A stretch of DNA of 64,000 bases from IMG/VR virus record IMGVR_UViG_3300035181_001055, positions 32,001 through 96,000 of that record; one strand, written 5' to 3'. Within the stretch, counting starts at the first letter, position 1. The number at the start of each line of letters is the position of its first letter. The DNA comes from a virus. The notes under the pieces are model-generated. The model saw nothing but the letters and a program-made list of their open reading frames with translations. It was not told the origin of the DNA and did not search any database. Shown here piece by piece: positions 48,706 through 57,611 of the stretch. A program made the position numbers and the translations under genes.

Positions 48706-49380
48706 ATGAGCAATCAGAAGAATCGAAATAACAAGCAATCTCCAAAAGATATTGACCTAGGGATGATTGAATTGAATGCAGTTCTTCCAGAAAATTGTGA
48801 TGAAGGTGCATCAATCAACTTTGATGAGACGAATGATTCTGTTTCCGCTAAGAAAGTTGTTCCTATCGGAATCTACAAATTGCATGACACAGTCAAAACT
48901 CCTAAGTATGCGACTCCTGGTAGCGCCTGTTTTGATTTGTATGCCGATTTCACTGGAATTGAATCAATTAAGGTTTATTCGCCGCATAACACAGAAACTT
49001 CGAGATTTGTCCAGAGCTTCATTGAAAGCGGGAACAGCAAAGGTGTCGTCATTGATTCTGGTGAGCGAGCTCTCATCCCAACAAACATCATTTTCGACAT
49101 TCCTGAAGGCTGGAAAATGCTTATCTATGCTAGGAGCGGATCTGCATTGAAACAAGCTGCTGTTTTGGCAAATGGGGTCGGCGTGGTTGACAGCGATTAC
49201 GTTGAGCCTTCATATGTTATTATTTTCAATCAAAGCAAACATCGTCTTGTTATTAAGCAAGGCGATCGTATTGCACAAGCAGAAATAGTCCCTGTAGTTC
49301 AAGCTTCTTTCAATCTTCTTTCTTCTGCGCCTTCGATTAAAACAAATCGTGCTGGCGGGTTTGGCTCAACTGGTAAATGA
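48706..49380 (+). CDS. dut: Trimeric dUTPase with N-terminal extension
   Basis: PKYATPGSACFDL, RSG.A.K, G.GVVDSDY, GDRIAQ and R.GGFGSTG (motifs I-V). Confidence 0.92.
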   Translation: MSNQKNRNNKQSPKDIDLGMIELNAVLPENCDEGASINFDETNDSVSAKKVVPIGIYKLHDTVKTPKYATPGSACFDLYADFTGIESIKVYSPHNTETSRFVQSFIESGNSKGVVIDSGERALIPTNIIFDIPEGWKMLIYARSGSALKQAAVLANGVGVVDSDYVEPSYVIIFNQSKHRLVIKQGDRIAQAEIVPVVQASFNLLSSAPSIKTNRAGGFGSTGK

Positions 49381-49389
49381 GGTGTAAGT

Positions 49390-49680
49390 ATGGCAATCAA
49401 AGCAGTTTTTATGCAAATGGGTCTCATTGTAGGCGACTTCGAGGAAGGTATGGACGGGAATTACAAAGTCAGTAAGCCCGTTCTCGTAGTAACGCAGCGA
49501 GACAATGCTTCTTTCGTTCCTTTTCTAGGGATGATGGAAGAACAAAGTTTAACAATCAAGCCAAGTGAATGCTTCTTCGGGCAACTTTTCACGCCTGTTG
49601 TCGAGCTTAGAAATCATTACAATCAAATGTTCGGCTCAGGAATTGTTGAGGCGCCTGCAAGTGCTATTCAACTCAGTTGA
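49390..49680 (+). CDS. Hypothetical protein (small beta-barrel)
   Basis: GAGGTG RBS and a pattern similar to conserved small T4-like proteins. Confidence 0.6.
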   Translation: MAIKAVFMQMGLIVGDFEEGMDGNYKVSKPVLVVTQRDNASFVPFLGMMEEQSLTIKPSECFFGQLFTPVVELRNHYNQMFGSGIVEAPASAIQLS

Positions 49681-49705
49681 CAATCTTCAGAATTTTAATT
49701 AGACT
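49677..49705 (+). promoter_or_regulatory. Probable sigma70 promoter reading toward gp43A (antisense across the holin-like gene)
   Basis: TTGACA atcttcagaattttaat TAGACT (17 nt). Inverted repeat GAATTGT-AA-ACAATTC at 49714-49729. Confidence 0.55.
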
Positions 49706-49803
49706 AGCCCCTCGAATTGTAAACAATTCTATCACAAAAAGTTGAGGCGCTTGCGATTTGAGGGTTGATTTTTCAATTGGTCGATGTTACTCGGCGAAGA
49801 AAT

Positions 49804-50229
49804 TTATTTATCAGGGTTATCAATTTTGAGCGAACGCTCTCTTTCTATAGAAACTGATTCTTCTTCATCTCGGTAATATCTTTCCTGATAACCTCTATAC
49901 CTATGGCTAATCCACTTGCTGGCAACCGCATTGCTTGCAACCACACCTAGATAAATTACCCAAACAGCTTCTAGTACACCTGATGTGGACCCGCTGTTGA
50001 ATAAGTTGAGACTCAGAAATGCAACCGTTGCTGCGAAATATGCCACATTGCTCCAAAATTTAGTGTGGCTTAGTCTGTTGTTCACTTCATTTTTGTAAAG
50101 CTCAGTCATATCCATCTTTCTTCCTGCTTTTATTAGTATGAAAAAGAGGATTAGTAAGAATATAGTCAGGAATACTGAGCTTATGATGTTGAACGTGTTA
50201 GCCAGAAATTGGCTTAAATTTGATTTCAT
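49804..50229 (-). CDS. Membrane protein, putative holin (DUF2644-like); likely start 50115
   Basis: RLSHTKFWSNVAY.AATVAF...VWVIYLGVVASNAVA has two TM helices and a charged tail. AGGA RBS before the ATG at 50115. It is the only credible minus-strand gene. Confidence 0.55.
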   Translation of the reverse strand: MKSNLSQFLANTFNIISSVFLTIFLLILFFILIKAGRKMDMTELYKNEVNNRLSHTKFWSNVAYFAATVAFLSLNLFNSGSTSGVLEAVWVIYLGVVASNAVASKWISHRYRGYQERYYRDEEESVSIERERSLKIDNPDK

Positions 50230-50238
50230 GGAGGTTTA

Positions 50239-51711
50239 ATGAAAGAGTTTTATACATTTGTTGATCAACAAGGTTCAAGAATGTTTCATCGGTACTGGGG
50301 CAGCGATGAAAGAAAGATTGAAGTTATTGAGGGGTTTCCTATCGAGCTATTTATTGAAGGTAAACGCAGAGATTCTAAAGGATTGCACGGTGAAAGTTTA
50401 AGCAGAATTGAGTTTAATAGTATTGATGATGCTATGGAATTCATTCGTGAATATAAAGACATTTCTCCCATTCACGGTCAAACAAGTCTCCCTCACCAAT
50501 TTATCGCACATCGATACCCTAGTGAAATCGAATTTGATATTAGCAAGTTCGTCATTGCTAACATTGACATCGAAACCAAGTTTGATAATGGATTCCCGTC
50601 GCCTGATCGCGCTGACCAGGAAATCACTGCCATCACATTGAAGCGTTTCGGAGAAGACAAGTTTGTGAGCTGGGGGATCAAGCCGTATAAGGTTAAAAAT
50701 GATAGCGACGAGTACGTGTTGTGTGAAAATGAGAGCGATCTATTGGTCAAATTTATCAATTACTGGAATCGTCTAAAGCCAGACATCATTACTGGCTGGA
50801 ACGTTCAGGGGTTTGACGTTCCTTATCTTGTGAATCGAATTACTAATGTTCTAGGGGAAAATGTTGCTGCTAAACTATCTCCTTTTCATCCTTATACGTC
50901 TCGCGTCTTCAATGAAATTGAAATTCAAGGTGAGCAAAAGAGCTATCGCATTCTTGGCATAACAGTTTACGATTATTTGGAGCTATACAAGAAATTCAGC
51001 CCGAGAAAACTTGAGCGATATTCTCTTGATTTTGTCGCCCATGTCGAGCTAGGTGAACGCAAAATCAATTACTCCGAGTACGGCAATCTGATGGATCTTT
51101 ATGAAACGAATTATGATTTGTTTATGGATTATAACATCCATGACGTTCGTCTCGTGGAGAATATTGACAAGAAATTGAATTTCATGTTCTCTGCTTTAAC
51201 AATGGCTTATATGGGCCATGTTCGTTTGCATGAGATTTTTTCACAAGTTCGTCTATGGGATACAATGCTCTATAATGAGCTGAGAGCTGAAGGTGTTCAA
51301 ATCCCGCCTCAAGTTCGCCGAGGCAATGTTGATGGAATCGAAGGCGCATTTGTTAAAGACCCGATCCCTGGTCTTTATAAATGGGTTGTTTCGTTTGATT
51401 TGACGTCTCTGTATCCTTCAATTATCATGCAGTACAATCTATCCGCTGAAACTGCAGTTGAGCCTGCGGTGGGAAACTTGGTTAGCAAAATGGTTGATAT
51501 GTCTTATGAAACATCCCGTTTGAAGGATGAAAATCTTACAATGACTGCTAATGGAGCGACTTTCACGCGAGATTTCAAAGGCGTTATGCCTCGATTGGTT
51601 GAAAAGATGTTTAGCGGACGGAAAAAATATAAGAATATGATGCTCGAGACAAGAAAAGATCTCGAGAGCATTAAAGCTGAGTTGAGCAAGAGAGGTATTA
51701 AGTATGATTGA
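50239..51711 (+). CDS. gp43: Family B DNA polymerase, N-terminal part (gp43A: exonuclease + palm motif A)
   Basis: DIET (ExoI), TGWN...FD.PYL (ExoII), YNIHDV (ExoIII), GAFVKDP.PG and SFDLTSLYPSII. Confidence 0.95.
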   Translation: MKEFYTFVDQQGSRMFHRYWGSDERKIEVIEGFPIELFIEGKRRDSKGLHGESLSRIEFNSIDDAMEFIREYKDISPIHGQTSLPHQFIAHRYPSEIEFDISKFVIANIDIETKFDNGFPSPDRADQEITAITLKRFGEDKFVSWGIKPYKVKNDSDEYVLCENESDLLVKFINYWNRLKPDIITGWNVQGFDVPYLVNRITNVLGENVAAKLSPFHPYTSRVFNEIEIQGEQKSYRILGITVYDYLELYKKFSPRKLERYSLDFVAHVELGERKINYSEYGNLMDLYETNYDLFMDYNIHDVRLVENIDKKLNFMFSALTMAYMGHVRLHEIFSQVRLWDTMLYNELRAEGVQIPPQVRRGNVDGIEGAFVKDPIPGLYKWVVSFDLTSLYPSIIMQYNLSAETAVEPAVGNLVSKMVDMSYETSRLKDENLTMTANGATFTRDFKGVMPRLVEKMFSGRKKYKNMMLETRKDLESIKAELSKRGIKYD

Positions 51712-52972
51712 AATTAGTAAAATGACTGACGACGAGCTGCTTTCTTTGTATAAAGAAAAGAAAAATAAAGAAGCATCGTATGAAGCAATGCAATTGGCAT
51801 TGAAAATTGCACTGAACTCTCTGTATGGCGCGCAAGCGAATCAGCATTTTCGATATTACTCAACTGATATTGCTGAAGGTATTACATTAACGGGTCAATT
51901 GACGATCCAATATATTTCAAATGCTATCAATGAGTTTATGAACTCTAAGCTAGGAACTGTTGGAGTTGATTATGTGATCGCGAATGACACCGACTCGGCA
52001 TACATTCGCCTCGACGAGCTGGTTGAAAGAATCGTTCCTAAAGATACGCCGACACAGAAAGTGGTTGATTTTATTGACAAGTTTGCATCAGTTGCTCTTG
52101 AGCCAATGCTTTCGAAGAAATTTTCTGAGTTGGCAGACTACGTCAATGCTCTAGAAAATAAGATGCACATGAAGCGAGAAGCAATTGCGGATCGCGGAAT
52201 CTGGCGTGCAAAAAAGAACTATATTCTACAGGTTTATGACAATGAAGGTATTAGATACAATGAGCCTAAATTAAAGACAGTTGGAATTGAAACAGCGAGG
52301 TCTAGTACACCTGAAATAGTTCGTAATGCTTTGGAAAAATCTCTAACAATTCTTTTGAATGGAACTGAAGAAGAGATTCAGAAATTTGTGAAAGAGTTCA
52401 AAGAGGTTTTCATGAATTCGTCTATCGAGGAGATCGCTTTCCCTCGAGGCGTTAGTGATATTGACAAGTGGGTTGATCTTAGTGGGCGTGAAAAGTGGAA
52501 AACAGGCGCTCCTATTCATGTGAAAGCATCGATTGTTTATAATGACAAGCTTCGCACATCTGGTCTGCATAAGAGATATCCGCTCATCAAAAATGGGGAT
52601 AAGATAAAATTTGTTTATCTCAAGACGCCGAATCCTGTCAGAAACAATGCCATTGCTTTTACTGATTTTTTGCCTCCTGAGTTTCAGCTTGATAGTTATG
52701 TTGATCGTGAACTTCAATTCGAAAAGACTTTTCTAGAGCCGCTCAGAAGTTTCACTGAAATCATGGGGTGGCATACCGAGAAGATCAATACAATAACTGG
52801 GTTTTTCGGAGACGATGCGGCGCCAAGCAAGGTGCGAGTCAGCGCTGTGACGATGAGCGAATCATTCAAGCAACCCTCAAAAAATAGGTTGACAGCCGAC
52901 CAAGAATGCCTTAAAATAAAGGCAAAATCGAGATCGCGACGCTCAGCGGCTACGCTTGATGGGTTTTTCTGA
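51704..52972 (+). CDS. gp43: Family B DNA polymerase, C-terminal part (gp43B)
   Basis: Q.ALKIALNSLYG (motif B), ITLTGQ, DTDS (motif C), KKNY, G.ETARSSTP and a C-terminal TLDGFF. Confidence 0.95.
   Translation: MIEISKMTDDELLSLYKEKKNKEASYEAMQLALKIALNSLYGAQANQHFRYYSTDIAEGITLTGQLTIQYISNAINEFMNSKLGTVGVDYVIANDTDSAYIRLDELVERIVPKDTPTQKVVDFIDKFASVALEPMLSKKFSELADYVNALENKMHMKREAIADRGIWRAKKNYILQVYDNEGIRYNEPKLKTVGIETARSSTPEIVRNALEKSLTILLNGTEEEIQKFVKEFKEVFMNSSIEEIAFPRGVSDIDKWVDLSGREKWKTGAPIHVKASIVYNDKLRTSGLHKRYPLIKNGDKIKFVYLKTPNPVRNNAIAFTDFLPPEFQLDSYVDRELQFEKTFLEPLRSFTEIMGWHTEKINTITGFFGDDAAPSKVRVSAVTMSESFKQPSKNRLTADQECLKIKAKSRSRRSAATLDGFF
52889..52917 (+). promoter_or_regulatory. sigma70 promoter for uvsX inside the gp43B 3' end
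   Basis: AAAAAATAGG TTGACA gccgaccaagaatgcct TAAAAT (17 nt). Confidence 0.7.
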
Positions 52973-52980
52973 AGAAAGGA

Positions 52981-54069
52981 TTGAGGATGTCATCAATCAA
53001 TGAATTTTTGAAACTGACTGGAAACGAATTTGCGAGTGTTGCTGAAGATGGAGTAACTGCTGGAGACGTATCAGGATGGGTTGATAGCGGCAGTTACGCA
53101 TTTAATGCTTTGCTCAGTGGAGACATCTACAAAGGATTTCCAGGCAATAAGATTGTGATTCTCAGTGGCGAGCCGAGCGTAGGAAAATCGTATTTTGCTC
53201 TTGCAGCAGCAAAGAACTTTTTGGAACAGAATAAAGATGGCATTGTCATCATGTTTGAAACAGAGAGCGCTCTGACGAAAGATATGTTGATTGAGCGCGG
53301 AATTGATGTTAAGCGATTCGGCGTTGTTCCGATAGCAACAGTTCAACAGTTCAAAACGCAAGCGCTTCGAGTTGTTGATAATTATGAGAAACAACCTAAA
53401 AATGAGCGTCAACCGCTTCTTTTCATTCTTGATTCTCTCGGAATGCTATCAACCGATAAGGAAATGGTTGATAGCGTAGAAGGAAAAGATACTAGAGATA
53501 TGACGCGAGCTCAGATGATTAAGGCTGCATTTCGCGTTCTTACTTTGAAGTTGGGACGCGCAGGAATTCCGATGCTCGTGACAAATCATGTTTACGAAGA
53601 TGTAGGCGGTGGTCCTTATGCGTCCAAGAAGCAGGCTGGCGGGAGCGGAGCTGTATATGCGTCTAGCACTATTCTAACGTTGTCTAAAGCTAAAGAAAGG
53701 GATGCGTCCACGAATGAAGTTACGGGAGTGATTATTACAGCGACAGCTACTAAGAGTCGTTTCACGAAAGAAAATAGCAAGGTCAAGTGTTTGATTCGTT
53801 TCGACGGTGGGCTAGACCGCTATTTCGGTATGCTGGAATTGGCTGAAGAAGCCGGAGTATTCAAAAAGGTGAGCACGCGATATGAGTTAGAAGACGGCAC
53901 TAAATTGTTTGGCAAGAATATTATGGAGAGCCCTGAGAAATATTTTACCACTGACGTTCTTGAAAGGATTAATGAATATGTCAAGCGAAAATTCTGTTAC
54001 GGAAATGGATCCGACCAAGCATTTGTTGATGAATCTTTTGAAGGAGAAAAAGATACGAGTAACATTTAA
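52981..54069 (+). CDS. uvsX: RecA-like recombinase UvsX
   Basis: DSGSY.FNALLSG, Walker A GEPSVGKS, F.LDSLG.LST.KE, DMTRAQ..K..FR.LTLKLG and GG.G..YASS. Confidence 0.95.
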   Translation: MRMSSINEFLKLTGNEFASVAEDGVTAGDVSGWVDSGSYAFNALLSGDIYKGFPGNKIVILSGEPSVGKSYFALAAAKNFLEQNKDGIVIMFETESALTKDMLIERGIDVKRFGVVPIATVQQFKTQALRVVDNYEKQPKNERQPLLFILDSLGMLSTDKEMVDSVEGKDTRDMTRAQMIKAAFRVLTLKLGRAGIPMLVTNHVYEDVGGGPYASKKQAGGSGAVYASSTILTLSKAKERDASTNEVTGVIITATATKSRFTKENSKVKCLIRFDGGLDRYFGMLELAEEAGVFKKVSTRYELEDGTKLFGKNIMESPEKYFTTDVLERINEYVKRKFCYGNGSDQAFVDESFEGEKDTSNI

Positions 54070-54256
54070 CAAATCAGATGGGTCCGAGCGAACTATGGTT
54101 TGTGTTCCATATGATGATGTTCCTCAAGACGAGAAAGCAAAGGATTCAAATCAGGAACGAAAAATCAACCCGACATTGGTCACTGTTTATGAGGAAGGCG
54201 TGGGATGGCGAAGCTTTCATTCGACAAAAGTTATTTCATATGAGGTGATTGAATGA
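54005..54256 (+). CDS. Small SH3-like protein (WYL_2/DUF2693-like)
   Basis: RVTF.K.DG.ERTM.C...V.VY.....GWRSF motif. Overlaps the uvsX 3' end. Confidence 0.65.
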   Translation: MDPTKHLLMNLLKEKKIRVTFNKSDGSERTMVCVPYDDVPQDEKAKDSNQERKINPTLVTVYEEGVGWRSFHSTKVISYEVIE

Positions 54257-54600
54257 CGCAGAAAAAATTCATTATTCTTAAAGCTGAAACCTATGAAGAA
54301 GAGGGTGTGGAGAAGTTTCGTTTTGCTGCTTCTGTGAGCGATGACGATGATCTTTCGAATATAATTTTCTTCTTTGATGATTACACTCTTTATCAAGAAA
54401 ATGGCGATTTGATAGCCCAGAGTCCTGTCCATTTTGCTGAACAGATTAATGGGGAGTTAGTTCCGATTAAAGAAGATGATTCTAGGCATGACATTCTGCG
54501 AGATGTTAGCGCAAAAATTCTCGATCAGGCAACAAGTATGTGCATGCGAGAGTTTGAAAAATCTGTTGAGAAAGCTGAATCGTTTATCGGCACAAGATAA
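54253..54600 (+). CDS. Hypothetical acidic protein (gp40-like position)
   Basis: ATGA-coupled, 115 aa, between uvsX and gp41. No clear motif. Confidence 0.5.
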   Translation: MTQKKFIILKAETYEEEGVEKFRFAASVSDDDDLSNIIFFFDDYTLYQENGDLIAQSPVHFAEQINGELVPIKEDDSRHDILRDVSAKILDQATSMCMREFEKSVEKAESFIGTR

Positions 54601-54652
54601 TTCATTAAATAGGTGTTGTAGCGTTTAATCCTGAGTAAGGAAAGGAGAAGAA

Positions 54653-55324
54653 ATGAGTTTTCAGAAAACAAAAATTGACGAGAAACTCGGAAAGCGTGTC
54701 AATGATTATCTTACTAGCATGGGCGTTCAAACCCCTATGCGAGAAAATGAATTGACTAACCAACAAAAGATCGACATCATTGAGAAAAAGATGATTGAAG
54801 TGTTGGAAGTGTTGGGGCTTGATTTGAAAGACGACAGTCTCGCAGAAACGCCTAAGCGAGTTGCAAAAATGTTTGTCAATGAGCTCTATTGGGGTCTTGA
54901 TCCTGATAAGTTCCCTAAGTGCACCACCGTTGAAAATCGAATGGGATATGATGAAATGGTGGTTGAGAAAAACATTACTGTTATGTCAGATTGCGAACAT
55001 CATCTTCGCCCGATTGTTGGTGTCGCCCATGTTGCTTACATTCCTAAAGGCAAGGTTCTCGGTTTATCGAAGATGAATCGAATTGTTGAGTATTTCGCTC
55101 GCCGTCCTCAAATCCAGGAGCGTCTCGCAGAGCAAATCTATCACGCTCTCGTTTATATTCTCGGCACTGAAGATGTTGCGGTAGTTATTGATGCTGAGCA
55201 TTTCTGTGTTAAGCAGCGAGGCGTTGAAGACCAGAATAGCAATACTGTCACGAGTAAACTAGGCGGCGAATTCAAGAAAGATCCTTCTGTCCGTGCAGAA
55301 TTCATGAGTATCATTCGCTCTTGA
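54653..55324 (+). CDS. folE: GTP cyclohydrolase I
   Basis: [48 protein letters not shown] and AEH.C...RGV. Confidence 0.97.
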   Translation: MSFQKTKIDEKLGKRVNDYLTSMGVQTPMRENELTNQQKIDIIEKKMIEVLEVLGLDLKDDSLAETPKRVAKMFVNELYWGLDPDKFPKCTTVENRMGYDEMVVEKNITVMSDCEHHLRPIVGVAHVAYIPKGKVLGLSKMNRIVEYFARRPQIQERLAEQIYHALVYILGTEDVAVVIDAEHFCVKQRGVEDQNSNTVTSKLGGEFKKDPSVRAEFMSIIRS

Positions 55325-55325
55325 G

Positions 55326-56063
55326 GTGATTATGAAAGATGTGTTTCTGAATGAGTTTCCGCTCGCGAAAAAAGCGGTTGTGGTGATGAGTGGCGGTATG
55401 GATAGCGCCATTGCAGCTCGACTTTCTGTTGAGAAACTAGGATCCGAAAATGTTCATGCTCTGAGTTTCTACTACGGTCAGAAACAGAGCATTGAGCTGG
55501 ACATGGCGAAGATCAATGCAGAGAAATTGAAACTCGCCAAGCATACTTTAGTTGACATCACATTTCTTGGCGATATGGTTCGAGGTGTTAGCGCTAATAT
55601 TTCGGGCGGCAAAGAAATGCCTACGATCCGCGATATCCTAGGCGATCCTCAGCCTGTTACCTACGTCCCGAATCGAAATGCAATTTTGCTGATGATTGCA
55701 TCGAGTTATGCTGAAGCTAATGGCATTGATCTTGTTGTTACAGGACTACAAGCGCAAGATGAGTATTCTTATTGGGATACTACTCCGTCTTTTGTGAAGG
55801 CTGTCAATGATGTTTTGTCTCTGAACCGCCAGAATAAGATTCGGGTTCATGCGCCGTTCATGGGGAAGAACAAATCTCAAGAAATCGCTGCGCTTCTTGG
55901 AATGGATGGCAATATTGAGTTGCTGAAAACAACGATTACATGCTATAATCCTACAGAAGACGTTAGCTGCGGGAAATGCCCGAGCTGCGCCGAGCGAATC
56001 GCAAACTTCAAGAAAGCGGGATTGGTTGATCCAATCAAGTACGCAATTGACATTAAGTGGTAA
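55326..56063 (+). CDS. queC: 7-cyano-7-deazaguanine synthase
   Basis: SGGMDS PP-loop, F.YGQK...EL..A, TYVPNRN.ILL and T.TCY...CG.C.SC.ER. Confidence 0.95.
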   Translation: MIMKDVFLNEFPLAKKAVVVMSGGMDSAIAARLSVEKLGSENVHALSFYYGQKQSIELDMAKINAEKLKLAKHTLVDITFLGDMVRGVSANISGGKEMPTIRDILGDPQPVTYVPNRNAILLMIASSYAEANGIDLVVTGLQAQDEYSYWDTTPSFVKAVNDVLSLNRQNKIRVHAPFMGKNKSQEIAALLGMDGNIELLKTTITCYNPTEDVSCGKCPSCAERIANFKKAGLVDPIKYAIDIKW

Positions 56064-56069
56064 TGTGAT

Positions 56070-56684
56070 ATGTGTGGTATTTTTTGCAGCTTTGATAGCA
56101 GGAAAGCGAGAGAGCTTCTTGCGCTAAATAGTTATAGAGGCTCTCATAGCTATAGCTTCACTCTTGTCGGTAGTGACCCGATTCGAGGATTGGGTGAATT
56201 TGAAGCATCGTTGCTAGACAAAGAAGGCTACAAAATTTGCCATGTCCAAGCGCCAACGACCGAAGCAAGAGGATATGACACAATTCACCCTGCAGAGTTC
56301 AATGGTATGAGACTTTGGCATAATGGTATTGTGAAAGATTTCGATGTCAAGCGTCTTCAACAGAAGCATGGTGTTAACACTCCTTGGGATACTATGCTCA
56401 TTCTTCTCGAACTTTCGTCTGCAAATTGGGAAGAGAATTTGAGTGAAATAAACGGCAGTTTCGCTTGTATTCTTCAAGAGAATGATATAGTCTATGCTTT
56501 TAGGAATGAAATTTCTCCTCTGTTTTATGACGATGATTTGAATATAAGCAGCGTTATTTTTGAGGATTCACGACCGCTTCCACCCAATCGAATGTTCGTC
56601 CTTGATTTGGAAAGACGAAAAATTGAAGACATCGGGTGTAGCTTCAAAACGAAAGAAAATCCTTACTATTTCGGAGATGAATGA
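56070..56684 (+). CDS. Stand-alone class II (Ntn) glutamine amidotransferase
   Basis: N-terminal MCGIF (catalytic Cys2), RG..S.S, H.QAPT, HP, WHNG, D and ING.FA. Confidence 0.85.
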   Translation: MCGIFCSFDSRKARELLALNSYRGSHSYSFTLVGSDPIRGLGEFEASLLDKEGYKICHVQAPTTEARGYDTIHPAEFNGMRLWHNGIVKDFDVKRLQQKHGVNTPWDTMLILLELSSANWEENLSEINGSFACILQENDIVYAFRNEISPLFYDDDLNISSVIFEDSRPLPPNRMFVLDLERRKIEDIGCSFKTKENPYYFGDE

Positions 56685-57604
56685 TGGAACATAAAGATAT
56701 GAACGAAATTGCTGCTCGTTCTTTGGGTAGCAGCAACTCTTATGCCATCTACACCGATAAATTTGATTCCAGTCTTTTGAATCCTATGCCAAGAGTTTTG
56801 GCTCGTCAAGGCTGGGGGATTTCGGGGAAAGAATTTGTTGGTGTAGATGTGTGGCACTGCCACGAAGCGACATTTCTTTTGAATAATGGGTGTCCTGTTG
56901 CGGGGACACTCAAATTCGTATATGATGCTGATACTGAGTTCATGGTTGAAAGTAAGAGTGCTAAACTCTATTTGAATTCATTTGATATGTGCAAAATGGG
57001 CGCTACTATGGCAGAAGCAATTGCTAATTATGAGTCCCAGGTTTCAAGTGATCTTTCCAAGACAGTTGGTGGTCAAGTTAAAGCGAAATTTTTTAATAGC
57101 ATTGATTATTGCAATAGCGAAATTGCTGCTCCTTTTGACATATACTATGATGATTTGTTCAAATTGATTGGCGTTGAAAACATCGAAAAAATGGTTTTCG
57201 ATGATTACTATGCGAAAGAAAATCATATTAGTGTAGTTGATGGCGAGCAAACGCTCAAAGTATTCACTAACGTTTTGCGATCGCGCTGCCGCCATACGAA
57301 GCAAAAAGATACTGGAACGGCTTTCATCTTTCGTAGAAGCGATCTAACGTCTATTGAGCCTTCTAGTTTGCTTCGTCAGATTGTGAGTTTGCGAGAAGTG
57401 AATGAATTCCATGAATTTTGCGCTGAGAAAATCTTTGTCGAAATCATGAAAAAATCTCACGAAAATGATGATGTTATGGCGGCGCTGCTATATTCTCGTC
57501 GAGGCAGTTTGGATATCAATCCTATTCGCGCGACTAGATTTGATTTGATTCCTCATGAGCTCTATAGCGTAGATTGCTTGACTGATAAAACACAAGGCCA
57601 GTGA
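56681..57604 (+). CDS. queF: NADPH-dependent preQ0 reductase QueF (bimodular)
   Basis: FD.SLL.PMPR, QueF motif ESKSAKLYLNSF, catalytic C-x6-D (RSRCRHTKQKD), NEFHE.C.E and LY.RRG.LDINP.R. Confidence 0.88.
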   Translation: MMEHKDMNEIAARSLGSSNSYAIYTDKFDSSLLNPMPRVLARQGWGISGKEFVGVDVWHCHEATFLLNNGCPVAGTLKFVYDADTEFMVESKSAKLYLNSFDMCKMGATMAEAIANYESQVSSDLSKTVGGQVKAKFFNSIDYCNSEIAAPFDIYYDDLFKLIGVENIEKMVFDDYYAKENHISVVDGEQTLKVFTNVLRSRCRHTKQKDTGTAFIFRRSDLTSIEPSSLLRQIVSLREVNEFHEFCAEKIFVEIMKKSHENDDVMAALLYSRRGSLDINPIRATRFDLIPHELYSVDCLTDKTQGQ

Positions 57605-57611
57605 GGATTCT

